A stretch of DNA of 64,000 bases from Utricularia gibba (lineage: Eukaryota; Plantae; Magnoliophyta), in assembly GCA_002189035.1 (NCBI GenBank), contig NEEC01000013.1, positions 1,116,001-1,180,000 of the forward strand, in the 5' to 3' direction. Below the pieces are notes generated by a model. The model did not search any database. It was not told the DNA's origin and worked only from the letters and a program-made list of their open reading frames with translations. This document shows positions 33,880-44,832 of the stretch, one piece after another. How positions within the stretch are numbered: position 1 is the stretch's first letter; each line of letters starts with the position of its first letter. The position numbers and the translations under genes are program-made.

Positions 33880-35850
33880 ATGGAAATGTTGCACGACAAT
33901 GCTGCCAAGAAGACAAAGAGGTTGACTTCCGTTGTGTGGAATCATTTTGAAAGAATAAAAAAAGCAGATGCACAGTATGCTGTTTGTCTCCATTGCAAAA
34001 AGAAACTAAGTGGATCTAGTAATAGCGGTACAACGCATCTAAGGAACCATTTGTTGAGGTGTTTAAAGAGATCGAATTACGATGTTTCTCAGATACTTTC
34101 TGCAAAGAGGAAGAGGAAGGATACTATCCAGGGGCATCTACCAGCCATCACTTATGGGGAGGGCAGAATGAAAGACGAAGTCCTCAGCCCAATTCCTCTT
34201 AGGTTTGATCAGGAGCATAGAAGAGAAGAATTTATCCAAGCTATGAATCTAGGAAGTCTTAAATTTGACCAAGGACGTAGTCGGGTGGATCTTGCTCGAA
34301 TGATCATGCTTCATGGCTACCCTCTCAGCATGGTTGATCATGTTGGATTCCAGATATTTGTCAAAAACCTTCAGCCCATGTTTGAGTTCAAAGACTGTGG
34401 TACTGTTGAAATGGATTGTTTGAGTATTTATGTGAATCAGAAACAGAAAGTATATGGGATCCTTGATCGCTTACATGGTAGAATTAACGTCTCTGTCAAC
34501 ATTTGGGGCGCTGCTTGTGGTTCTGATTTCATTTGTCTCGTGGCGAGTTACATTGATGAGGACTGGAAGCTACAGAAGAAAATGCTTAACTTTATAGCAG
34601 TGGATCTATCTAGCTGCGATGTACTTTCTGAAGTTATTATCAATAACTTGACAGACTGGGGCGTTGATGGTAAATTGCTTTCCATGACATTCGATGATTG
34701 TTCTGCCAATGAACTAGCAGTGTTAAAGATCAAGGATTTATTAGCTCAAAACAGGCATATGTTAAAGGATGTGGAGTTATTTGACATGCGCTGTGTCGCA
34801 CATCTTTTGAAGTCTATCGCCTTAGAAATTATGGAAGCTAGCGAGAAACTAATACATAAAATCCGTGATTCCATTAGGCATGTCAAGAGTTCTCGAGCAT
34901 TGCTCAGTAAGTTCAGAGATACTGCTGACCAAGTTGGAATAGACAGTAGTAAATGCCTAGTACATGACGTCCCAGCCCGATGGGACTCGACTTATGCAAT
35001 GCTTCAAGCAGCTATCGAGTACAAGGGCGCTTTCTCATTTTTGCAAGAAAATGATTCATCGTTCTCGAAAGGTCTATCAGAAAAAGAGTGGGAGCAAGTG
35101 AGTTTGGTTGCAGCTTGCATCAAGTTACTAGTGGATTCCACTACCATCCTAATTGAAAACAAGCATCCGACAGCCAACATATTTTTCTCAGAGATATGTG
35201 ATTTGCACTTGCGGTTAATGGAGTGGTCAAAAAGCCCTGACGAGTTCCTCAGTTGTATGGCCTTGAAGATGAAGTACAAGTTCGACGTTCACTGGAACAA
35301 ATGCAGGTTGGTTTTGGCAGTAGCAGCTGTGTTGGATCCACGTTTCAAGATGAAGCTGGTTGAGTACTACTTCCTGGAGGTTTATGGCGATGCAGCTCCT
35401 CAACACATTGAAGAAGTTTCTACTGGTCTGAGGGAACTGTTCAATGAATACTCAAGAGAAACCTCCTGCGACCATGATTCAGCTCTTGTGGAAGACGGCC
35501 CACGAGATAAACTCAAGGGCTTTGACAAGTTCTTATACGAAACTTCACAAAGTCACAGCACAACGTCTGATTTGGAAAAGTACTTAGAGGACCCTGTGTT
35601 TCCAAGAAACTCGGATTTCAGCATTTTAAACTGGTGGAAAGTGCATGCTCCGAGGTATCCTGTTTTGTCAATGCTGGCACACGACGTTCTTTCCATTCAT
35701 GTCTCAACGCTAGAGCCGGAGTTCGCTTTCAGCAAAACAGGCAGAGTGCTTGATCCCTGCTATACCTCTTTGAACCCAGATACCAGAGAAGCTTTGCTCT
35801 GTGGGCGAGATTGGCTGCAAATGGAACCCGAGTGTAGTAGTAATCTGTGA
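33880..35850 (+). CDS. Domesticated hAT transposase (BED zinc finger, DAYSLEEPER/RICESLEEPER-like), 656 aa, single coding exon
   Basis: BED finger (SVVWNHF...CLHCKKKL...THLRNHL), CxxH (RCVAH), RWDSTY, hATC dimerisation domain (FSILNWWKVHAPRYPVLSMLAHDVL). No TIRs seen. Confidence 0.92.
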   Translation: MEMLHDNAAKKTKRLTSVVWNHFERIKKADAQYAVCLHCKKKLSGSSNSGTTHLRNHLLRCLKRSNYDVSQILSAKRKRKDTIQGHLPAITYGEGRMKDEVLSPIPLRFDQEHRREEFIQAMNLGSLKFDQGRSRVDLARMIMLHGYPLSMVDHVGFQIFVKNLQPMFEFKDCGTVEMDCLSIYVNQKQKVYGILDRLHGRINVSVNIWGAACGSDFICLVASYIDEDWKLQKKMLNFIAVDLSSCDVLSEVIINNLTDWGVDGKLLSMTFDDCSANELAVLKIKDLLAQNRHMLKDVELFDMRCVAHLLKSIALEIMEASEKLIHKIRDSIRHVKSSRALLSKFRDTADQVGIDSSKCLVHDVPARWDSTYAMLQAAIEYKGAFSFLQENDSSFSKGLSEKEWEQVSLVAACIKLLVDSTTILIENKHPTANIFFSEICDLHLRLMEWSKSPDEFLSCMALKMKYKFDVHWNKCRLVLAVAAVLDPRFKMKLVEYYFLEVYGDAAPQHIEEVSTGLRELFNEYSRETSCDHDSALVEDGPRDKLKGFDKFLYETSQSHSTTSDLEKYLEDPVFPRNSDFSILNWWKVHAPRYPVLSMLAHDVLSIHVSTLEPEFAFSKTGRVLDPCYTSLNPDTREALLCGRDWLQMEPECSSNL

Positions 35851-36193
35851 CATATCAGCTGGTTCAATCCACATTCTTCTCAGAATTGTATGAAAAATGT
35901 ATGCAATTCAATCCAGAAAACCTTCCTCAAAACTGCATGTTTTTTCTTTCTTCTGAATTTCGTAACTCAAGAGTTTTTAATGGAGACTTCACGTGGAAAA
36001 CAGGTTTATTCAGCAGAACCTTGCTTCCGAATGGTACATGAACAAATGAATTGCCGAAGAAGCATATCTAGTGTCACATTCTTCTAAAAAGCTAAGTAAG
36101 GCAATAACAAGAATGAGAGATGAGGCTGAGGCACATGAAGGGAATAATTTGACAACAGCAGCAGTGCAGATGATCGGCAACTCCCCTTAAAAC

Positions 36194-38286
36194 TCAGGCC
36201 CGACTTCTTCCGTTGGGTTCAAACACATACTTGATCAATGATTCCTTGATGGAGAGCATCTCAGGGAATTCCCCTTTGAGTTTGGAAGCATCCAGCTCGT
36301 TGTTGCTTCGGGGAGCAATGATCACCTTGGCTTGCTCTTCCAGGGTGAAGTTGGTCCATTTGAATTCAGGGTCGATGTAGTTCTTGTACATCTCCAGGAT
36401 CTCGTTGTGGCTAACAACACCAGGATTGGTGAAGTTCCATATGCCACGAAGGTTCCGCTTTGCCATCTCGATCGAAATGGGAAGGAGCTCATCCAAAATT
36501 GTCATGCTGTTGGGAATGTTAACCACCTTGTTGTATCTTGAGATCTTGGTGATGAAGTTCCGAGGGTTCGTCAAGTCAGATGATATGGGCATTCGAACCC
36601 TGAGTGTGCACACGTTGTCATATTCTTTCAGCAGCTCTTCGACCTAATGGGAAGCAAGCAAGAGCAGGGTTAATGAAAAAAGGAAAGCAGTAGGTGATTG
36701 AGTGGACATTGTTTTTTAAGTGACATTACCATGGCCTTGGTCTTTGAATAAAAAGAACCAGTAAAATTTGGGGTGTCTTCCTCCTTAAATCCCACACCAG
36801 AGCCTTCAGGGTGAGCAGGATCATACTCAAAAATGCACCCGGTGGTATAGTTTATCAGCAGGATGTTATGCTCCTTGCATACATCTGCCAAGGTTAGTGT
36901 ACCAGCAACGTTGGTTCTTATTGTTTCAGTTTTGTGACTCTCACACCAATCAACGTTGGGTCTCCCAGTAACACCCGCAGCATTGAAGACATGTGTTGGG
37001 TGAACAGAAAGAATATCAGAAACAAGCTGAGAGCGGTTCTCTAGACGGCCCTTTCCATATTCAAAAGGAATTCCCTGTTTCTCACACAGTTTTCCAAGCA
37101 AACCACCAATCCATCCAGTCTTACCGTAGATCAGGAACTTGAAGGCTGGTTTCTGAATGCTCTTTGTACCAGGAATCACCATTCCGGTGGCCTTCGAAGC
37201 CACGTAAATATCAGTTTTCTCAGATTCATACACCTCAGTTTGTCGTTCAATTCCGCCAGGCATCATCAGCATCCGGGGATGAGGAAGCAGTGCCCCAGAG
37301 ACATCACCCCACCAACCTGGATTGCTAGTATACCACTCCATTGTTTTCTTCAGCCCTTCTTCCCATGTGGTTCTTTCAAACCATCCCAGGTTTTTCAATT
37401 TCTGGTCATCAAGGAAGTAACGTTGATCATTAAAAGGCCTGTTCTCCACAAACTGTATACTATTGTCTGGATTCGTGTTGAATAATTTACAGATATCTTT
37501 GGCTACATCTATAACTCGCCTTTCCTTCTTTGTTCCAATGTTGTACACATGACCGACTTCTCCTTTGTGTAGGATCACTTCAAATGCCTCCGCTACATCC
37601 TCACAGAAAAGGTAGCTTCGCACATTCGAGCCATCCCCGTGAATAGGAAGGGGCTTGCCCTTCATAGCTAGAAGAATAAACTTGGGGATCAGCTTTTCAG
37701 GAAACTGATTAGGCCCATAAACATTGTTTCCACGAGTGGTAATCACCGGTAATCCATAAGATCTCCCATAAGCCATTACCAACATCTCAGCCCCGGCTTT
37801 AGTAGCAGAATAGGGATTTGTGGGAAGAAGCTGAGAGGCCTCATGATTTCCCACGACAGCATCCTCATCAGTCTCCCCGTACACCTCATCTGTGCTAACA
37901 TGAATGAACCTTTTGATCTGTCCAGTAACTTTACATGCCTCCAGAAGCACGTGAGTGCCATAAATATTGTTCTTTGTGAACTCAAAGCTGTTACCAAATG
38001 AATTGTCAACATGGGTCTGAGCAGCAAAATGCATTATGGTGTCGATGCTCTCCGTGATGAGAACATAGTTAACGAGGTCAGCACTGGCAATATCTCCCTT
38101 TACAAACTTGAAGTTTTGCGAGGACGAGGACGGCTTGAGGTTTTTAATATTCGAGCAGTAGTCCAGTTTGTCAAGCACCACAATCTTGTAATCGGGGTAG
38201 TTCCTGACGAGTCTATTAGCAACATGAGACGCTATAAATCCAGCAGCACCAGTGATGAGGATGTTCTTCGGCTTAAATGTTGTCAT
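36194..38286 (-). CDS. RHM: Trifunctional UDP-L-rhamnose synthase (RHM); exons 38286-36730 and 36643-36194, plus a 5'UTR intron
   Basis: GAAGFIA NAD-binding motif, YSATK, second domain GKTGWIG and YSKTK; conserved phase-0 intron in AM|VEELLK. Confidence 0.97.
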
Positions 38287-40825
38287 AATTTTTCAGTGTC
38301 TGCAAAAGAAGCACGTCCACAAGTTTTCAGTATTCATACATGAGCACGGCAGATTCCCGTGCTGCAACAGAGATCTAGTCAACTTCTCTGTTGCAACTGT
38401 TTCCTGATCCAATAGCTTCATGAACACATTCACAATGAACAATCAATGTGCATTTCGAAATCAAAGATCTCAGCCCGAGATCAGGGTAATGTATCAACAG
38501 ACTTGGGATTTGCAGATCCAACCAAAATTCCGTCAAACCCATCCTTTCCCCTTACCAAACTCAAGCATATACAAAATTCAGTCAAGATATGGACACAAAA
38601 TAAACAGATCGAACACTAAAATAAACACAGTTCATAAAACTTCGGTATCCAAAGCATTCAAGATGGATCAAAATGAATGTCGGTCCCTGGTCAAAAAGGA
38701 AAAATCAAGAAACTCACGTATTTAATCAAACTCCGAGAGAGGATCGGGCGGCCGGCGAAGAAATCGGAGAAAAAAAATCAGAAAATCCGCATACAGAAGA
38801 AGGAATCCGCGTGAAACGGGAAAAGATGAAAGAACGAGGAAGTCCAGCACTATGTAGGCGGTATTTATATATATGTGTGAGTTTGTAGCCTCCAGTTCCG
38901 TTGCTCGGCAGTGCACCCTCCCTCTTCAAAGTCAGACGCGATACACGCTTTCAAAGTAGTATGTCGTGAATCTTAAATTGAATTTTTCACACCAAGTCCA
39001 TGTTATGTGAACATAATTTTCTAAAGTAATTTTGCTTAGTTTTTAAATATTCAAATATTTAATCATTTTATAATAAAATTAAAAATTCATATTTTATTAT
39101 TGATTTAAAAAATTATTCAATTTATCAAATATATGGTTTAATGATTAATTTTTTATTTAAAATAATCTATTTATATTATAATATTAATATATTAAAATTT
39201 ATAATTTATTTTATTAACACTGTGTTTTGGAAAATTATTAAATCTATTTTTATTTTTCAAAAATAAAAATAATTTTGTTTTAAAATACTATCAATTATAA
39301 GTACACTAATTTTACTTTTTATTTATACTTTTTTAAAATAACTTTAAAAAATAAAAATATCTTTTAAAAATTTTTCAGAACACTAATTAAATTTTATAAG
39401 ATAATTTTATACTATACTAAAAAACATTTTTTATAATTTTAAATTATTTATATTTACATAATCTTATAATTGATTTTAACATAATCTGAATTACTGATTC
39501 AAAATACATAATAGGTTCTATATTATTAGTTGACTATTTTTCTAAATGATTGGATGCGGTATTATTATGAAAAAAGTATTTTATCATGTACTGCCGACGC
39601 ATTGAAGATTAGATGCCGTCCACGTACCCCACAAACTTCATTATTGGTACAAACTAATACCTAATAATTCACAATAAGAGACACCGAGGCCACATACATA
39701 ATCTCTTGGATTAGCGGCTAACACGTTTCGTTTATTCCTTTCATTCCACATCTCATAAATGTGCTTCCAATCACATTTATAATAGAATTTGCTATAATGT
39801 TTGAATTTAATAATTATTCTAAATATGAATTGATTTTATAAGAAACGAATTGGTTTTGACTATGTAAGTTTCAAGATTCATTTGCCTATTGAGAAATTTC
39901 TAGGTAAAATGTGTATTTAAAGTATTATGTTCGTAAAATACATATAATATATATATAATTTTTAATTTTCAAATTTAATATATCGAGACAACACAACTTT
40001 AACATAAAAAAAATTGTAACATATCAAATTGTAGTGTTTTAAAAACGAGTTCAACCTATACTTCGATTTATTCTTAGTTTTGAGTTCAACTTTTTCTATA
40101 ATGAGTTGAATTCATTATAAATATATTATAAAAATATAATAATTATTTAAATTTAATGGAAATTTTAAAATATATATACGAATCAAAAAAATCATGAGAT
40201 TGAATTAATCGAATCGAATCTTTAATTCAACACATGATTTTAAAATACTAAGTTTTCATTATATTTTTTATTAAAAATATAATGAAAATCCAATGTGTAT
40301 TTTTTAAAATATATTTACATAATAAATATATAAAAATATATTGTTCATTGTATTTATTATATATTCTTTAAAATATATAAAAATATTTTAAACCGAATCG
40401 AATCTTTATATTACAATAAGTTTTCATTAATTATTAATTTTTTTATTAAAACGATATTTAGTAAAAAGTATATTTTTATTAAAGAAAATCAATTAATTCG
40501 CTAGAATCTTAACATGGGATCTATATATATTTTAATGCATGCATATTAATCGGTAATTCGATATTTATTCTGTGTACGTGCAATAAATTTATATTTAAAT
40601 ATTAAATTTTAGATGGAATGGTCGGTGGTGGCCCACAATTGGTGGAATCCAAAACTAATTTGCTTCCCCCCTCCGGCCACTTTCAAAGATCCAAATGAAA
40701 AAACCTCTGCCGCCGCCGCGAAATATTCAAAGATTCGGACGCTCCCGCCGCCGTGAAATTTCGTCTCGTCTCCACGACTTGTTTATAGACCATGGATTTT
40801 CTCCGCTTGTTTACCGACGGAGCAC

Positions 40826-41884
40826 ATGGAGTTCAATTACCAGTGTTTGCCTCCCTTGAAAAGGTTCAAGCTGATGCACCAAGAACAGCAACAAGCCAAT
40901 TCCTCCATGAAGGCTGTATCTGAAGGCATTGCTAGTCAGTCGAACCTTCCAGCGAAGAAGCGAAAGGGATGCGTTGATTCATCGCCGTTTTTGCCGGTTT
41001 CCTCCCCTGCTCACAGTTACTGTTTGCCGGCTAAGAAAAAGGTGTGGGCGCTTCCGCCTTTTGACCTGAATCTCGAATGGGGACCCTCTTTTGATCCCGA
41101 GTTCGAGAAACCTTCAGAAATAAGCGGTTCGGATGAGAACAACGGTGTTGGCGTCGAAGAATCACCCGCTAGGGATGCAGAAGAAAGTGCCGCTTACACG
41201 GACGATGATGATGGGATTGCTTGTGCTGTGTGCCAGAGCACGGACGGGGATCCAGTGGATCCGATCGTCCTTTGCGATGGCTGCGATCTGATGGTGCACT
41301 CATCTTGCTACGGTTATCCATTGACAAATGGTGTTCCAGAGGGTGACTGGTTTTGTGCTCAATGTCTCGAGTCAAAATCCATCAATGTTGAGCAGCCTCT
41401 CTCTTGCTGCCTTTGCCCTAATTCCGGCGGTGCTTTGAAGCGTACTACCGACGGCAGGTGGGCTCATCTGGTTTGTTCTATTTATGTGCCCGAGGTGTTT
41501 TTTCTAGACCCTGAAAACAGAGAAGGCATTGACTGTGGGAAGGTTGCAAAGAGAAGATGGGAGCAGAATTGTTATATATGTGAATCTCATGAGGGATGTG
41601 TGGTTGATTGCTCGGAACCCAAGTGCCAATTGACCTTCCACGTGACTTGTGGAATGAAGGAAGAGCTCTGCATGGAGTACAGACAAGGGAAGAAAAGGGG
41701 AGCCGTTGTTGCTGCGTTTTGCAGATCTCATACTGATCTTTGGAAGAAGGTAGATTTCTATAGTGATGCTTACTAACTGAGCCATGCATTTCGAGATTCT
41801 AACATATAAATGTTTGTTGGTGATGTGCAGCAAGAGCAAACAGGGAAGTTCAAGATTGTAGCAAGAGATAAGAGCAAGGAATGA
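40826..41884 (+). CDS. PHD finger plus extended PHD (Jade/BRPF-type, At3g14740-like) protein; short last exon 41831-41884
   Basis: CAVCQSTDGDPVDPIVLCDGCDLMVHSSCYG...WFCAQC (PHD), then CCLCPNSGGALKRTTDGRWAHLVC and CYIC...C...FHVTC (ePHD); last exon QEQTGKFKIVARDKSKE*. Confidence 0.9.
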
Positions 41885-42429
41885 TGTGATGTAACCTGTC
41901 ACAGTATTTGTTTTTGCTACTGGTTGTTCTTAGGGAGTAGCCCAAGTGTTTGTTTAGTTCACACTTGCTTTCTCTGTTGCAATTCAAAACTTCTTGAGGT
42001 GAATGAAGTTATCATTACGCAGCAGATATTATATCCCTTTCATACATCCAAATTCCAAAGTCTTAAAAATGGTGCTCAAATCATATGATCCATGACTATG
42101 TTTGGAAGGGTTTTGGTGTGAGAATGCAGATATTATGTAAAGGACAAACCGCAGCTGGCTTGACATAAGTTCATCCACATCTGTTGACAAACTTTTCTCT
42201 ATTATATTGTTCTTGTATGAGTTGGCTGAGTTTCTCCAGCTCGAATGATGAAAAAGGTTGAAGGATCTCAATTGAGTAATGAATAAAGATGCCATGCTGG
42301 ATACATGGGCTGCTGGCTTATAAACGTCAAGGCATAACAAACAAAGCCTGTCTTAATCCTTTCCGTTCATTTCTTCTGTTACTTTGTTCTTCCTGGTTTT
42401 TCTCTGCGGTTTGCATCCACAGATTTCAG

Positions 42430-43749
42430 ATGGGAGTTCCTCAGAATCTTCCCTTCTATGTGGCTGTTTCTGTTGTGGCATTTGTCATCTCCAAGATAAT
42501 CATCGGATTCCTTTGCTACCGCCGCTGGAAGCGCAAGCAGGCGGTCATTCATGACAGCTTCACCGGTAACTACCTTCATTTGAATGCACCCACCCTGTTT
42601 CTTAATGACATGGGAATGCTTCAATCTTTAAGGTGGGAAACTGGTGATGTTCGAGTCAGTAAGAACCAAGAACTTGAGAAAGGAGTTATTGAACAAGGCA
42701 ATGAAGCTAAGCAACAAGGACTTCATCGGAGCAGGTGGACAAGGCACTGTGTACAAGCTTGAGATAAATCGAGAAATATCGTTTGCTGTGAAGAAGCTGA
42801 ACAAACTTGGCTCTGGGCAAGATCGGGGATTCGAGAGAGAGCTTGAAGCTACATTGCAGCATCACTCTGCAATCTCCTCGTTTACGAGCTCATGCCCAAC
42901 GGAAGCCTCGAATCCTTCCTCCACGGTAGATATACACCTCGATCTTAGGTTAAACCACTGTTTTTTGATGCCTTTCCCCATGTGGGTTCAAAGATGGGAT
43001 TGTGAGTTGGATGCAGGGAAGTGTAAGAAGAAGACGGTGCTGAATTGGGATTCAAGATACAGGATAGTAGTGGGAGCAGCAAGAGGAATACGTTACCTTC
43101 ACCATCATTGTATTCCTCATATAATTCACAGAGACATCAAGTCCAGCAACATTCCTCTCGATCACAACCTGGAAGCTCGTGTTTCTGATTTCGGGCTGGC
43201 AACTTTGATGGAACCTGACAGAACCCATGTCACCACTCAAGTCATCGGGACTTTCGGTTACTTACACGGGTCGCTTACACTTTTTCGCAGGTGTCAGTTT
43301 GAGATGTGGCGCAGGGTATATAGACACTGGAAAAGCGTCATCTAAGTTTACAGCTACGGAGTTGTGCTGCTAGAGCTTCTAACGGGGAAAAGACCGTCCG
43401 ATCAAACGTTCATCGAAGAGGGTTCCAACCTGTGACATGGGTACTGTATGAAGTTGAACTGCTTTTACTGTGTTATCCTCCGCGCTTATCTGGATAAACA
43501 ACAAGCGCAATGTCTACTGTTCCCCAGCAGGTGAAATCTGTTGTGTAAGAGGAGGAAGAAAGAGTGGTCGATGAGAACTTGGTGGATGGCTCCACACCAG
43601 AAATCCAGCAAGTTTTTGGCATCGCAGCGTTGTGCCTGGAGGTGGAGCCATCCAACAGACCCACCATGCCCCAGGTCATCAAAATGTTGGAGGAAATAAG
43701 GCACAATGGACAGTCCGATGTATTAAGTCAAAAATTAACATTGATTTGA
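42430..43749 (+). pseudogene. Receptor-like kinase (At1g78530-like, short ectodomain plus TM) pseudogene
   Basis: TM then RRWKRK, GAGGQGTVYK, FAVKKL, HRDIKSSN, DFG are present. A deletion after ELEA (42850) causes a frameshift, APE is missing after GTFGYL, GD of KGDVYS is deleted, there is a 1-bp loss before VTW, and an in-frame TAA at 43546-43548. Confidence 0.88.
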
Positions 43750-43904
43750 ACTATCAAAACATTGCTTCCACACAGGTTGGTTTCTGAGAATCCTAATCAC
43801 CTGTGTTGTTCTTGAAAATGAAATCTCTGGTTTTCATAGACGGTGAAGAAAGGCTAGTAATTGAAATTCCGTTGCCTACCCCTTTGAGAAGAAGCTGGCA
43901 TGAT

Positions 43905-44510
43905 CTAGTTTGAAGAGGACTGCTTCAGAGAACACGCCACGGCCTGCGCCCAGTGCCTGAGTCTGGTTTTGAGACGCTGAGGATCTTCAGCTGCATAAGA
44001 TTTGACACGTTAAGAGGATACAAATGTACATGAAACCATGGAGGGGTTGGTCTTTTTACTGGCGGGGATGATCTTAAAGGCATCGGAATCGGGATCGGAG
44101 GTGGTGCTGCCGGGGCTGGAAACAGGGCTACTGGAAAGCTGTCTGTTGACGGCGAAATAGAGATCCAATGCCGGGAGAGTGGAAGAGAGACGCTGCCTAT
44201 TTTCTTCATTGAAATCGAATCCCAGTTCTATGCACGCCTTGAGCTCGTTGAGATCCTCGTCGGTCAGTGAATCCGCTTCCCCACCAGCATTCCCATTCCT
44301 CCGCCGCTCCTGCAGCAGAAACTGGCGCCGCCTCCGCTCCCACGCTAAGGCCCGAGGGACCTCGCACATTGACAGCTGCTTCGACAGCTTTTTACGTGGG
44401 CTCACGTTTCTACGGAACGACGGAGCCAGCTCCAACGTCTGCAGGTCCTCGTTGGCGTCCGACGGCGGAGATGAAGAAGTTGATGACGATGGCTTTTGCA
44501 GATGTTCCAT
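43905..44510 (-). CDS. DUF1685 family protein, 2 exons
   Basis: LTDEDLNELKACIELGFDF, TLPALDLYFAV and EDPQRLKTRLRHWAQAVACS motifs. Confidence 0.88.
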
Positions 44511-44832
44511 TTTTACCCACAACCACGGCGGAGGAAGCTGCAGAACCGCCTCAACCCGCCGTGACGTCGACGATTGGATTATGGCTGGGAAACAAAGCCA
44601 CCTTTTTTCGATGAACTTAAATAAACGGTTCAAGAGAACGCCGGCGGTTTCGGAGTTGCCCCCCTTTTTTGACCGACGCAACGCCTCCGATAATGAAGGG
44701 GGCCGTTGGTTCGTTTGCGTCAACTAGAAAAAAGGATGCAACCCCCCCAAGTCATATTCATGAGTGGCACAACAAGGAGACTCAAAATTTCTAATCAGTC
44801 GAAAGGGCACTCAGAAGTCGAAAGGTTCACCT

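Noticed and set aside
33250-36190. SLEEPER ORF as an autonomous hAT element
   Set aside because: No terminal inverted repeats or 8-bp TSD found; D-to-N change at the first catalytic site; gene-like promoter.
39222-39383. Weak inverted repeat GTGTTTTGGAAAA / TTTTTCAGAACAC in an AT-rich spacer
   Set aside because: Several mismatches and no convincing TSD; may be chance in very AT-rich DNA.
43891-43907. miR167-like string GAAGCTGGCATGATCTA
   Set aside because: Three internal bases are missing, no hairpin partner is seen, and it overlaps the DUF1685 stop/3' end.
44179-44727. 182-aa plus-strand ORF opposite DUF1685, and similar antisense ORFs over RALF, Dof and RING
   Set aside because: GC-rich antisense shadows of genuine genes.
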